Below are positions 19,719-29,939 of a stretch of DNA of 64,000 nt, piece by piece. The stretch spans positions 1,133 to 65,132 of the forward strand of contig JAJZRG010000014.1 of the NCBI GenBank assembly GCA_021802825.1, written 5' to 3'. The position numbers and the translations under genes are program-made. Below the pieces are notes generated by a model. It was given only the letters and a program-made list of their open reading frames with translations. It did no database searches and was not told the origin of the DNA. This stretch comes from Chloroflexota bacterium. GTDB lineage: Bacteria; Chloroflexota; Limnocylindria; Limnocylindrales; CSP1-4. Position 1 is the first letter of the stretch. Each line of letters begins with the position of its first letter.

Positions 19719-21983
19719 TTGCTGAAGACGAGTCATGGCCCGCGAGCCGTCGTCCACGAGCGCCGAGACGACATCGAGGGCCTGCGCGCCCTAGCCGTGG
19801 TGCTGGTCGTGCTGTTCCACGCCGACCTCCTAGGCGTGACAGGCGGCTTCGTCGGCGTCGACGTGTTCTTCGTGATCTCTGGGTTCCTCATTACGGGCCT
19901 GCTGATCCGCGAGCGCCGATCGACCGGCAGCATCTCCCTGCGGAACTTCTACGCGCGTCGGGCCCGGCGCCTGCTCCCCGCGTCGGCGCTGGTCCTGGTC
20001 GTGACCCTGGCGGCCGCGGCGATCATGGCCCCGCCCCTGCTCGTCCCGCAGATCGCCCACGATGTGACGGCAGCCGCGCTTTACGTGTCCAACGTTTCGT
20101 TCGCGGCACAGGCGACGGACTACTTCGCCGCGGGGGCCGCGCCGTCACCGGTGCTCCACTTCTGGTCGCTCGGCGTGGAGGAGCAGTTCTACCTCCTCTG
20201 GCCGGCACTCATCCTCGTGATCACCCGCGGAGCCCGGAACCCGGCCCGGCGCATCGGGCTCGCGGTCACTCTGATCGCCGTGGCGTCGCTGGGGTTCGCG
20301 TCGTGGCTTGCCGGCGTGTCACTGCCGTGGGCGTTCTTCCTGCTCCCGAGCCGGGCTTGGGAGCTCGCACTGGGCGGAATGCTGGCTGTCCTCGAGCCCC
20401 AGCTCGGCCGCATCCCAGGGCAGCTCGCGGCGGGCGGGGCATGGCTGGGCCTTGGGCTGGTGGTGGCAGCCGGCTTCCTCCTCACCGGCGCTTCGGCTTT
20501 CCCGGGTATGGCTGCTTTGCTGCCGACGACGGGCGCCGTGCTCCTGATCGCGGGCGGCATGGCCGCGGCCCCATGGGGCCCGGCGCGACTGCTGGGCGCC
20601 CGCCTGCCCCGGTTCATCGGCGGCATCAGCTATTCGGTGTACCTCTGGCACTGGCCGCTTCTGGTGCTGCCGGCCCTCGCGCTCGGTGCTCCGCTGCCCG
20701 TGTGGTCGCGCCTCGTCCTGGCGCTCGCGGCGTTCCCGCTCGCAGCGGCGACAGCGCGGCTTGTTGAGGACCCGCTGCGCCACGGGCGGTTCATCGGGAC
20801 GCGTCCGCGCTGGAATCTTGCCATGGCCGGCGCGCTCGCCGTCGCGGTGGTGCTGACGGCCACCTCAGTGAGCGCGTCGGTGGGTGCAGAACTGGGCAGC
20901 ACCGCCCCGGCGGCGTCAGCGGATGCCGACCAGAACGCCCAGAGCCTCGACCAGATCCTCGACGCCGTGGGGAGCCCGAACGGATCCCCGGGCGCCAGCG
21001 TTTCGGCTTCCCCGGCATCCCCCGCGGCCAGCCCGACCCTGGTCGCAAACCCCAGTACCGCGGGCATGACACCGATGCCGGATCGCACCCCAATACCGAC
21101 CCCCCAGGGGATCGCCGCGCCCGTTCGACCCCAGACGGCCAACGCGGCGGTCCCCTCGAACCTCCAGCCCTCCCTGGCGGCCGCCGCGAGCGACATGCCG
21201 CTCACCTATCAGGACGGCTGCCACACGGGCATGGATCTTCCGCCATCGACGGCCTCGTGCTTGTACGCGAACCTATCGTCCAGCCACACCATCGCGCTGT
21301 TCGGCGACAGTCACGCGTTGAGCTGGTTCCCGGCCGTCTACCGGCTCGCCATGGACAAGGGCTGGCGGGTCCTCAGCCTGACGATGTCGGCATGCTCGCC
21401 GGCCGACGTCATCGAATGGAACCCTGCCTGGAACCGCACGATGCCCAACTGCGAGCTGTGGCGCGAGCAGTCCGTCGCAGAACTGGTACGCGCCCACCCC
21501 GACATCGTGCTGGTCACGGGGACACGCGGCTTCGAGAACGTGGACGCCTCCGGCAACGTGGTGACGGGCGACCTCCGGACGCGATTCTGGATCCAGGGGA
21601 TGAAGCGAACGCTGGCCCGGCTGGTCCCCGCGGCGGGCCGCGTCATCCTGATCGGCGACCTCCCCATCTCGGTCACCGACCCGCCGGTCTGCCTCTCCAA
21701 GCACCTCAACGATACGCTCGCCTGCGACACGCCGGTGGACCAGGCGATCAACTACGACTGGATCAACACGGAGTTCACCGTGGCGCGCGCGATGGGCACC
21801 GGGTACATCGATCCCGAGCGCTGGATTTGCGTGACGAGCCCGTGCCCCGCGGTCATCGGGAACCTGCTCGTTATGCGCGACAACGGCCACATGACCGCCA
21901 CGTTCGCGGCCGCCCTGTGGCGTCGGCTGGAGGCTGCGGTCGTCCTGGCCGCGTCACAGGCAACCACGACGCTCATCTGGTAA
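19719..21983 (+). CDS. Acyltransferase-3 plus SGNH domain O-acyltransferase (OafA/OatA-like)
   Basis: IEGLRALAV, GGFVGVDVFFVISGFLIT, HFWSLGVEEQFY, SYSVYLWHWP, FGDSHA, DNGH; start uncertain (19587 or 19719). Confidence 0.93.
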   Translation: MLKTSHGPRAVVHERRDDIEGLRALAVVLVVLFHADLLGVTGGFVGVDVFFVISGFLITGLLIRERRSTGSISLRNFYARRARRLLPASALVLVVTLAAAAIMAPPLLVPQIAHDVTAAALYVSNVSFAAQATDYFAAGAAPSPVLHFWSLGVEEQFYLLWPALILVITRGARNPARRIGLAVTLIAVASLGFASWLAGVSLPWAFFLLPSRAWELALGGMLAVLEPQLGRIPGQLAAGGAWLGLGLVVAAGFLLTGASAFPGMAALLPTTGAVLLIAGGMAAAPWGPARLLGARLPRFIGGISYSVYLWHWPLLVLPALALGAPLPVWSRLVLALAAFPLAAATARLVEDPLRHGRFIGTRPRWNLAMAGALAVAVVLTATSVSASVGAELGSTAPAASADADQNAQSLDQILDAVGSPNGSPGASVSASPASPAASPTLVANPSTAGMTPMPDRTPIPTPQGIAAPVRPQTANAAVPSNLQPSLAAAASDMPLTYQDGCHTGMDLPPSTASCLYANLSSSHTIALFGDSHALSWFPAVYRLAMDKGWRVLSLTMSACSPADVIEWNPAWNRTMPNCELWREQSVAELVRAHPDIVLVTGTRGFENVDASGNVVTGDLRTRFWIQGMKRTLARLVPAAGRVILIGDLPISVTDPPVCLSKHLNDTLACDTPVDQAINYDWINTEFTVARAMGTGYIDPERWICVTSPCPAVIGNLLVMRDNGHMTATFAAALWRRLEAAVVLAASQATTTLIW

Positions 21984-22275
21984 GAGGGGAGGCTCCGCGG
22001 CTTGGACGGCAGACCCTGCCACTGGACGCCGGCGCGGCGGAGCGTGTGGGAAGGAACGGCACCCAGAGGTGAGCAGCGTCGCCTCGGGCTCCCGATGCGC
22101 CTTGGGCCCGTCCCCCTGGGCCACCCTCGCCAACATTCCGGCGCGACCATCGCGCGGTGCCAGCAAGGCCCGCGGCGCGGGCTTCGGCGCCTGGTTCAAG
22201 ACTCGCGGCGCGGGCTGCGGCACCCGGGTTCGGCCCTCCCGAGCGTGCCCGGCACCCGTGCTACCCTCCCGCCTG

Positions 22276-23157
22276 ATGCAAACTCAGACGACTGCCGTCG
22301 CCCCGTCGCGTCCTCGCGCGCCGCAGCGCGGCCCGGTCGTGCTTCTCCGCGAGGCGGCCTCCGAGATCTCCCAGCGGCGCCAGCTGATCAAGTACCTGGT
22401 GCAGGCCGACCTCAAGAAGAAGGGCGCCGACAGCCTGCTGGGCAACATCTGGTGGGTCGTGGACCCGCTGCTCCAGATGATGGTCTATGTCGTCCTCGTG
22501 AGCGTCATCCTCGCCCGGCCTCAGCCCGATTACCCGCTGTTCATCTTCTCGGCAATCCTGCCCTGGAAGTGGTTCACCAGCTCGGTTGGCGACGCCATCA
22601 CGGCAGTCTCGGGCCAGGACAAGCTGATCAAGCAGATCAAGTTCCCCAAGATCGTCCTGCCGACGGCGTCAACGCTCGCCGGGATCGCGAATTTCGCGTT
22701 TGGCTTCATTCCGCTGATGGCGCTCCTGCTCCTGTTCTACCGTGACCGGATCTCCATCCTGCTCCTCCTGGTGATTCCGATCGGCATCGTGCAGCTCGTG
22801 TTCACGATGGCGTTCGGCTATCTGGTCTCGGCAACGAACGTGTTCTATCGAGACGTGGCCAACGTCAGCCGCCATGCGCTCCGGATGTGGTTCTACCTGT
22901 CCCCGGGCCTCTACGCAGCCTCGTCCCTGGACACGATCGCGAAAACCCATCCCACCATCATGAAACTGATGGAGCTCAACCCGTTCTTCACCTTGTTCGA
23001 GTCGTACCGCGCGGTCATCTACGGCGGCGACACCTCGGGCCCGTTCGTTCCCAACTTCATTCCCCTCCTGATCCTGCTCGGCGCGTCGCTGCTGTTCCTG
23101 CTGGTGACCACGCTGGTCTTCAAGCGAGCCGAGACCTCATTCGCCAAGGTCCTCTGA
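22276..23157 (+). CDS. Polysaccharide ABC exporter permease (Wzm/TagG-like)
   Basis: DLKKKGADSLLGNIWWVVDPL, LIKQIKFP, YRDVANV, WFYLSP, LNPF. Confidence 0.93.
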   Translation: MQTQTTAVAPSRPRAPQRGPVVLLREAASEISQRRQLIKYLVQADLKKKGADSLLGNIWWVVDPLLQMMVYVVLVSVILARPQPDYPLFIFSAILPWKWFTSSVGDAITAVSGQDKLIKQIKFPKIVLPTASTLAGIANFAFGFIPLMALLLLFYRDRISILLLLVIPIGIVQLVFTMAFGYLVSATNVFYRDVANVSRHALRMWFYLSPGLYAASSLDTIAKTHPTIMKLMELNPFFTLFESYRAVIYGGDTSGPFVPNFIPLLILLGASLLFLLVTTLVFKRAETSFAKVL

Positions 23158-23999
23158 TGCCGCCCCACGTGCTCACCCCGGTCAACTACGCCATCGACGT
23201 CCAGGGCCTGGGCGTGCAGTACAACCTGCGGCTGACCAAGAAGAACACCCTGCGCACCACGTTCCAGAACATCCTCAAGCGCGAGGGCGGGGACAAGAAG
23301 TTCTGGGCCCTGCGCGACGTCAGCTTCCGGCTGGTCCACGGCGAGTCGCTCGCCGTCATCGGGCCCAATGGCGCCGGCAAGAGCACCCTGCTCCAGGTGC
23401 TGGCCGGGATCATCTACCCGTCCGAGGGCGTGATCGACGTCCGCGGCCAGATCTCGAGCCTCCTGCAACTCGGAGCGGGGTTCGACCAGGAGCTGACCGG
23501 GCGCGACAACATCATGCTCGCCGGCGCCTTTCTGGGCATCGACCACCGAGTCATGCTGGACAAGCAGCAGTCGATCATCGACTTCGCGGATATCGGTGAC
23601 TTCATCGACGCCCCCATCAAGACGTACTCCTCGGGCATGCGTGCGCGCCTCGGATTCTCGATCGCCACCGCCGTGGATCCCGACGTCCTGCTCCTCGACG
23701 AAGTGCTCGCCACCGGCGACCAGGTGTTCCGCGAGAAGTCCAAGCAGCGCGTGCTCGAGATCGCCGCCAACGCCAAGGCCGTGGTCCTCGTGACCCATGA
23801 CATGCACTGGGTCACCGAGTTCTGCAACCGGGCGATGCTCCTCGAGAAGGGGCGGGTCGTGATGGAGGGCGCCCCAGCGGAAGTCGTCGAGGCGCACGTG
23901 GAGCACTCCGCGCGCTCCAAGGCAGAGCGCGAGGCGGAGCTCCAGGCGATCGCCGCCAGGGCTGCGGCGGCCGTTCGCGTGAAGGCCGGCGCCCGCTAG
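23157..23999 (+). CDS. Polysaccharide ABC exporter ATPase (Wzt/TagH-like), no C-terminal CBM
   Basis: WALRDVSF, GPNGAGKST, YSSGMRARLGF, LLLDEVLATGD; TGATG coupling to the permease. Confidence 0.95.
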   Translation: MPPHVLTPVNYAIDVQGLGVQYNLRLTKKNTLRTTFQNILKREGGDKKFWALRDVSFRLVHGESLAVIGPNGAGKSTLLQVLAGIIYPSEGVIDVRGQISSLLQLGAGFDQELTGRDNIMLAGAFLGIDHRVMLDKQQSIIDFADIGDFIDAPIKTYSSGMRARLGFSIATAVDPDVLLLDEVLATGDQVFREKSKQRVLEIAANAKAVVLVTHDMHWVTEFCNRAMLLEKGRVVMEGAPAEVVEAHVEHSARSKAEREAELQAIAARAAAAVRVKAGAR

Positions 24000-24047
24000 G
24001 CTCGCACCCAGCCCCCCCGGGCCCTCGCTGCTTCGCGGGCCCCGGCG

Positions 24048-25883
24048 TCAGGAAGCGCCCTGCTCCGCGTCGCTTGCCTGCGCGTCGAGGCGGTCCGCCA
24101 GCCAGCGCATGCCCCCAGGCGCCAGCCGCGCACCGGCCTCGAGCGCTGCCCGCGACGCCAGGACATCCATGGGGTCGAGGGCAACGAGCCAGGCCTCCGC
24201 GCCCGCCGCCGATCGCCGCTTCCACGCCTCGAGAACCAGCCACTCGAGCTGACGCCGGCGGAGCTCGTCGCGCTGGGCGCGCAGACGCCGCCGCGCGAGG
24301 GCCGCGCGTGGACGGAGCAGCAGCCGCAGCGGCCGCGCCACCACGGTCGGCAGGCCCGCCAAGCGTGGGCCGGCGAGCCTCGACATCTCAAGGTCGAACG
24401 GTCCGTCCGGGTCCACCGCCACCAGCGAGCCGACCCCTCCAGCGCCGCCGGGCGAGGCGCCCCGCGCCCGAATGGTCAGCACGGTCAGGTCGGAACGCTC
24501 CTGCCAGGAGAGCTGCGTCAGCCGGCGGTCGAGCAGGCCTCGCTGGGTCCCGACGAGCAGAAACGTAGCGCCGGGGGGCGGGCCGGTCCGCGCGGGCCCC
24601 GAGGCGGTCACGGGGACCGCTCGACCGACCGCCCCTTCCCCGGACCCCGTGGGCAGACGGTCCGTGCTGAGCCCGTCGTACAGGCGGCGGTAGGCAGCAG
24701 CCACGCGGGGAGGGCTGAAGCGCTCGTCGATTGAGCGGCGCATGCCAGCCGGGTCGAAATCGCCTCGCCGGGCGAGGACGTCCTCCACCGCCCGAGCGAG
24801 GTCCACCGGGTCGTGGCTCGCGGCGATGGTCCCGAGCGCTCCATCGAGCCCGATGACGTCCTCGGCACCGCCCGAGGGAGTGGCCGCCACCGGCAGACCC
24901 GACGCGGCGGCCTCCGCTGCGACCACGCCGAACGTCTCTGCGGGGCTGGGGTGGACGAACACCGCAGCGCGTGCCATCGCCGCTGCCACGCCCGCCCGAT
25001 CAGCTGGGCCCTCGAATGCCAGGCGGTCGGCGATCCCCAGCTCCATCGCCAGGGCGATCCAGTGCGCCTCGATCTCGAGCGTCGGCGCACGGCCGATCAG
25101 CCGCAGGCGAAGCTCCGGGTGGTCGGCGGCAAGCCGAGCCATTGCTGCAAGCAGCACGTCGGTGCCCTTCTTCTCGCTTCGCTCGCCCACGAAGAGCAGT
25201 TCGCCGGGGTCGCGCGCCGCAGCACCAGTCGGCGTGAAGGCTGGCGTGTCCACGACGTTCCCGATGACCTGGATCAAGCCCGCGTCGACGCCCAGGGCCG
25301 CGGCGAGCCCGCGGGCGGTGGCATGGCTGACCGCCACCAGACGGGTGTTGCCCTCGAGGAGCCGCCGATAGGCCGCGGCCAGCGCCGGATCCCTCGTGAT
25401 CGAGCGGACAGCGTCGGAGGCGTGCTCGGTGACCACCAGCGGGACGCCCAGCCGGGCCGCGATTCCCGCAGCCACGAGGCCATCCGGCACGCCCGTGTGG
25501 GCGTGGACCAGGTCGATCGGCCAGCGCTCGGCAAGCGCCTCGACGAACGGCTCGAGGAGCGCCGCGTGGGCGCGCACGCGGTCGCGCCATCCCGAGCGCT
25601 CCGCGTCGTCCACCTCGGGCAGGCGCGCCACGGCGGCACCGGCGCCCCAAGAGGCGGGGCGGTTGAGCGACTCGGGAGCGGTGACGGCCGAGCGCCACGT
25701 CGCCACTGCCCGCTCGAGCTCGAGATCGGTGAGCCGGCGTCCGCGGAGGAGGGCCGCGTCCCAGGACGCAACCACCACCTCGGCGTTCGTGGCGGTGAGC
25801 GCGCGGACGAGATCGGCGACGAAGGCGCCCCGGAAGGGCGCGTCATGGGACGGGTACCACCGTGAGACCGTGAGGACGTGCAT
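24048..25883 (-). CDS. Glycosyltransferase family 4 with extra ~170-aa C-terminal domain
   Basis: VSRWYPS, LVHAH, VVTEH, LLFVGERSEKKG, ETFGVVAAEAAASGLPV. Confidence 0.88.
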   Translation of the reverse strand: MHVLTVSRWYPSHDAPFRGAFVADLVRALTATNAEVVVASWDAALLRGRRLTDLELERAVATWRSAVTAPESLNRPASWGAGAAVARLPEVDDAERSGWRDRVRAHAALLEPFVEALAERWPIDLVHAHTGVPDGLVAAGIAARLGVPLVVTEHASDAVRSITRDPALAAAYRRLLEGNTRLVAVSHATARGLAAALGVDAGLIQVIGNVVDTPAFTPTGAAARDPGELLFVGERSEKKGTDVLLAAMARLAADHPELRLRLIGRAPTLEIEAHWIALAMELGIADRLAFEGPADRAGVAAAMARAAVFVHPSPAETFGVVAAEAAASGLPVAATPSGGAEDVIGLDGALGTIAASHDPVDLARAVEDVLARRGDFDPAGMRRSIDERFSPPRVAAAYRRLYDGLSTDRLPTGSGEGAVGRAVPVTASGPARTGPPPGATFLLVGTQRGLLDRRLTQLSWQERSDLTVLTIRARGASPGGAGGVGSLVAVDPDGPFDLEMSRLAGPRLAGLPTVVARPLRLLLRPRAALARRRLRAQRDELRRRQLEWLVLEAWKRRSAAGAEAWLVALDPMDVLASRAALEAGARLAPGGMRWLADRLDAQASDAEQGAS

Positions 25884-25890
25884 CGCCAGG

Positions 25891-27144
25891 CTAGACCTCC
25901 AGGCGCCCGAGCGCCGCCAGATACGGCACCACCGCCACTTCCCAGGAGTACTTCGTCCCAGAGACCTCGAGGCACCGCTCGCGCATCGTGGCGCGCTCTT
26001 CGTCCGGCGCCTCGAGGATCGACCGCAGCGCCGCTGCCAAGTCGTCAACGCTTGCTGGATCGGCCACCGCGCCCAGCCGCTCGCGCTCGGTGATCTCGCG
26101 CATGACCACCAGATCGCAGCCCACCACGACGGGTGTGCCGGCGGTGATCGATTCCCAGAACTTGTTGGGCGTCGAGAGCCGCTGGTTGAGCGAGTTGGCC
26201 GGCACCGCGATCACCGACGCGTCCGCGGACGACGTCCAGGCCGGCACGGCGTCAGGGTGGACGGGCGGGAGCGTGTAGTGGTGCCCGGCGTAGCGCGGAT
26301 CGGCGTCGCGGGCGCGAAGGCGATCCTCCCAGGCGCCGAAGCCCAGCAGCACCAGTGCGGCGTCGTGGAGGCGGAGCACGGCCTCCGCCGCAGCGTCCAG
26401 ACCCCGCTCGCGACCGAGCCGACCGAGGAACAGCACGATGCGGCGCTCGGGCGGGATGCCCGTCGCCTCTCGGATGAGGTCTGGGCGGGGTACCGGGACG
26501 GACCAGCGGGGCTGGCAGTTGAGCAGAACCACGGGGCGCCGTGCGAGGCGCCACTCGCGTTCGAGGTGCTCGGCGATCGGGTCGTTGACCGTCACCACGA
26601 GGTCGGCCTGGCGCACCCAGCGCCGCTCTCGCCACTTCCAGACCGCCAGCGCGGGGCGCGGGACGCCCGCAACGTTGTTCGACTCGAGGATCACGTCGAT
26701 CACGTCGTAGACGACGCGGCCCGCGAACCCCTGGCTCCTGGCCCGGGCCGCGAGCCGCAGGGCGACCGGGATCGTGAGGATGCCGAATGCGTGGTACAGG
26801 TCGGCGGGCGGCAACTCCGCATCGAGCGCCGCCCACCAGGCGCGGACATGGACCGGCCAGGCGAGCAGCTTCACGGCGACGGCGGCCCAGCGTGAGAGCC
26901 GGCCGGGCAGGCCGGCGCGCGCCGACGTGGCCGTGTCGGTCCTCCAGCGCGCCCACAGGCCCCGCGGCCGATAACGGCGCACACGCACCCCGGCGTCGTC
27001 CTCCAAGGCCGGGTGGCGGCCGTCATCGACCGCGGCGATCTCGACGTCCCAGCCCGCTGCCCTGAGGCTGCGCGCCACACGGAGCCCGCGCGAGTACGGG
27101 CTGGCCGCATTCGCGACGAGCAGCACGGCTCGACGTGCCGCCAC
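25891..27144 (-). CDS. Glycosyltransferase family 4
   Basis: ADLYHAFG, VVYDVID, LFLGRLGRERGL, NQRLSTPNKFWESITAGTPVV. Confidence 0.9.
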   Translation of the reverse strand: MAARRAVLLVANAASPYSRGLRVARSLRAAGWDVEIAAVDDGRHPALEDDAGVRVRRYRPRGLWARWRTDTATSARAGLPGRLSRWAAVAVKLLAWPVHVRAWWAALDAELPPADLYHAFGILTIPVALRLAARARSQGFAGRVVYDVIDVILESNNVAGVPRPALAVWKWRERRWVRQADLVVTVNDPIAEHLEREWRLARRPVVLLNCQPRWSVPVPRPDLIREATGIPPERRIVLFLGRLGRERGLDAAAEAVLRLHDAALVLLGFGAWEDRLRARDADPRYAGHHYTLPPVHPDAVPAWTSSADASVIAVPANSLNQRLSTPNKFWESITAGTPVVVGCDLVVMREITERERLGAVADPASVDDLAAALRSILEAPDEERATMRERCLEVSGTKYSWEVAVVPYLAALGRLEV

Positions 27145-27152
27145 GCCGCTCG

Positions 27153-28517
27153 CTACCACGGCTTCCCGGTTAGCTGGGTGTAGAGATCGAGCAGCTTGTC
27201 CATCTGCGTCTCCCAGTTGTACTCCGCGTGGGCGGCGGCCAACCCGCGCGCCGCCATCGCCGCGCCACCGTCCGGGGCATCGACCACGTCGCGGATCGCC
27301 GCCGCGAGGGACGCCGGGTCGGTCGGGTCGCACAGGACTCCGCATCCCACCGCGCGGACGATGTCGGCCATCCCGGGCAGGTCCGACGCGACGACCGGCA
27401 CCCCGGCCGCCATCGCCTCGAGCAGCTTGTTGGGCGTGGTGAGGCGGTGGTTGAGCGTCGTGGGCTGGATCGGCATCGCGACGACGTCCGCTGCCGCTAC
27501 CCAGTCGAGGAGCTCCGTGGGCGGCACCGCGTCGAGCACCCGAACCCTGTCGGCCATGCCCGGCATTGCCGCCGCCTGCTCGATGGTCGACCGCAGGGAG
27601 CCGTAGCCGAGCAGGACGAGCGTCGCGTTGGGCACCTGGGGCACCGCTTCGATGAGCTGCTCGATCCCGCGGTCCCGCGAGAACCCGCCCTGGTACAGCA
27701 CGACGCGGCGGTCCGGGGGGAGGCCCAGCCGCTCGTGGAAGCGGCGCCACTTGGGCCGGCTGGGGGCGTAGCGGAAGGAGCAGTTGAGCACGATCTCGGG
27801 CAGGGGCAGCCCCCACCGCCGGGCCATGACCTCCGCGTAGGGCAGGTTCACGGTGACGACACGGTCGACGCGTCGGGCCCATCGCCGCTCAGCCGCGCCG
27901 ACCACGCGTCGCACTGGGCCCGGCAGGCGGGCGAGGTTGCCGGCATCGACATAGATGTCGCGTGCGTCGTACACGACCCGCGCGCCGGCATGGCGGCGGG
28001 CGAGCCCCAGGGCCACCGGCACGCCCATGTACGCCATGCCGTGGTAGAGGTCGGCGCCCTCGTCAATGGCTCGGCTCGCCTGGGACTGCGAGCGGACGAC
28101 GAGCGCCATAGCGGTGATGCGCCGCAGGACTCCGCCCAGCCTCATGGCGCTGCCCAGGATCGAACGGCGTCGACCGCCGCCAGCGGGTCGCGCGAGCCCC
28201 GCATCCCCGCGCGCGCCGGGCTCTGGGCCGCGCACCATGACGCCCGCGGCGCCGGCACCTGGACGCGGGCGGACCAGCCGGCGGATCGCGGCGGGCAGCG
28301 GCAGGCCGTCCACGGCCCCGGTCTCGACGCGCCGGATCCGGTACCCGCCGGGATGGGTCTCCTCGGCTGGTGTGCCGGGCCCGAGGCGGGCGAGGACCGT
28401 GACGGTGTGGCCGCGCGCCGCGAGCGCGCTCGCGATCCGGTAGGTGCGCGAGTCGAACTCGCCCGTCGAGGGCAGGACGATCGTCGCCCGCTGCGGGACG
28501 GCCGGCGGACGCGTCAT
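27153..28517 (-). CDS. Glycosyltransferase family 4
   Basis: DSRTYR, DLYHG, VVYDARD, LYQGGFSRDRGIEQL, NHRLTTPNKLLEAMAAGVPVVASD. Confidence 0.92.
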   Translation of the reverse strand: MTRPPAVPQRATIVLPSTGEFDSRTYRIASALAARGHTVTVLARLGPGTPAEETHPGGYRIRRVETGAVDGLPLPAAIRRLVRPRPGAGAAGVMVRGPEPGARGDAGLARPAGGGRRRSILGSAMRLGGVLRRITAMALVVRSQSQASRAIDEGADLYHGMAYMGVPVALGLARRHAGARVVYDARDIYVDAGNLARLPGPVRRVVGAAERRWARRVDRVVTVNLPYAEVMARRWGLPLPEIVLNCSFRYAPSRPKWRRFHERLGLPPDRRVVLYQGGFSRDRGIEQLIEAVPQVPNATLVLLGYGSLRSTIEQAAAMPGMADRVRVLDAVPPTELLDWVAAADVVAMPIQPTTLNHRLTTPNKLLEAMAAGVPVVASDLPGMADIVRAVGCGVLCDPTDPASLAAAIRDVVDAPDGGAAMAARGLAAAHAEYNWETQMDKLLDLYTQLTGKPW

Positions 28518-29920
28518 GCCGGGCTGGTCCCGCCCGTGAAGCGCGCGTACAGGGCGACGAGCTTGGCCGACTCACGCTCCCAGTTCCAGCGGTCGTGGGC
28601 AGCGGCGAGGCACCGGGCGCGCAGTCGGAGCCGCTCGTCCTCGGGGGCGTCGAGCACGCGCCGGATCGCGGCGGCAATGGAGACCGGATCCGCGGGATCG
28701 CAGACCTCGCCCAGCGGGCCCTCCGGGTTGTCCAGCACGACGCGGTGGAGGTCGGGGAAGTCCGAGGCGACCACGGGCACGCCCGCCGCCAGCGACTCAA
28801 ACAGTTTGTTGGGCGTGGAGAGGTAGTGGTTGAGCGTACTGCGCTGGAGGGCCATGACGTCCACATCGGCACCTGCCACCCAGGCGACCAGTTCGTCGGG
28901 CGGGACGGCCTCGACGACGTGGAGCCGCCCGCCGAAGCGCGCCTCCGCGGCCATCCTGCCCAGGTCAGCGCGCATGCTGCCGTACCCGAGGTAGGCGGCG
29001 TGGACATGCTCCATGCCCGGGACGAGGATCGCCTCCGCAAGCTCCTCCAGACCCCGGTGGGCGGAGAAGCCGCCGTGGTAGAGCGCGAGCGGGGCTCCGG
29101 CGGGGATCCCGGCCGCGGGCCGCAGGTGATCAGCGAGATCCAGCGGCGGCGTCCAGCGTGGCGGGCAGTTGTGCACCACCGTGACGTCGCTCACGCCCAA
29201 CCGCGTCCGGAGCTCACCCGCCAACGCGTCATTGACTGTGACGACCCCGGCGGCACCCGCGGCCCAGCGCCGCTCCAGACGGGCAAAGAACCGCTTGATC
29301 CAGCGGGGCCGCCCGGCGTTGGTCCCCGACTCGAGGAAGATCTCATGGCTGTCGTACACGACGAGGCCGCCGTGCAGCCGCTGGGCGCCCACGGCCGCCG
29401 GCAGCCCGGTGAGATCATGGCCGTGGTACACGTCCGCGGGCCCCGCCGCCGCTGCGGCGCCCTTCGCCCAGCCCAGCGTGGCCCAGCGCCAGCGGACCAG
29501 CCAGTCGAGCAGCGACCCGCCTGGCGTGGTGCGCCGCCCGAGCGCGCGGCCGAGGAGGAAGAACGGCAGTCGGACGACGGACCACGGGATGGCCGCGAGC
29601 CCGACGCCGAGGCCGAGAAGCAGTTCGCCGACGCCGCCGGGGAGGGACTTCAACCCGCCCAGGATCCGCAGCGCAACCCAGCGGCCCAGACGCCACGGGT
29701 GCCGGATGAACGCCAGCAGGATCCGCCACCCGCCCGGGATCGGCACGCGGACGATCTTGACCCGACCGCGCTGCTCGGTGTCGCCGACGCGCGACGTCGG
29801 GTTGGTGGGCCTGCCGATGATGGTCACGTCGTGGCCCGCATCGGCGAGGGCCGCCGCCTCGCGGAGGACGCGGGCGTCGGTTCGAACGTCGTTGTAGACG
29901 AACATGACGACGCGGGCCAT
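28514..29920 (-). CDS. Glycosyltransferase family 4
   Basis: DARVLREA, DVYHGHDL, VYDSHE, LYHGGFSAHRGLEEL, NHYLSTPNKLFESLAAGVPVVASD. Confidence 0.92.
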   Translation of the reverse strand: MARVVMFVYNDVRTDARVLREAAALADAGHDVTIIGRPTNPTSRVGDTEQRGRVKIVRVPIPGGWRILLAFIRHPWRLGRWVALRILGGLKSLPGGVGELLLGLGVGLAAIPWSVVRLPFFLLGRALGRRTTPGGSLLDWLVRWRWATLGWAKGAAAAAGPADVYHGHDLTGLPAAVGAQRLHGGLVVYDSHEIFLESGTNAGRPRWIKRFFARLERRWAAGAAGVVTVNDALAGELRTRLGVSDVTVVHNCPPRWTPPLDLADHLRPAAGIPAGAPLALYHGGFSAHRGLEELAEAILVPGMEHVHAAYLGYGSMRADLGRMAAEARFGGRLHVVEAVPPDELVAWVAGADVDVMALQRSTLNHYLSTPNKLFESLAAGVPVVASDFPDLHRVVLDNPEGPLGEVCDPADPVSIAAAIRRVLDAPEDERLRLRARCLAAAHDRWNWERESAKLVALYARFTGGTSPA

Positions 29921-29939
29921 CAGCCCGCCTCGGAGGTCG

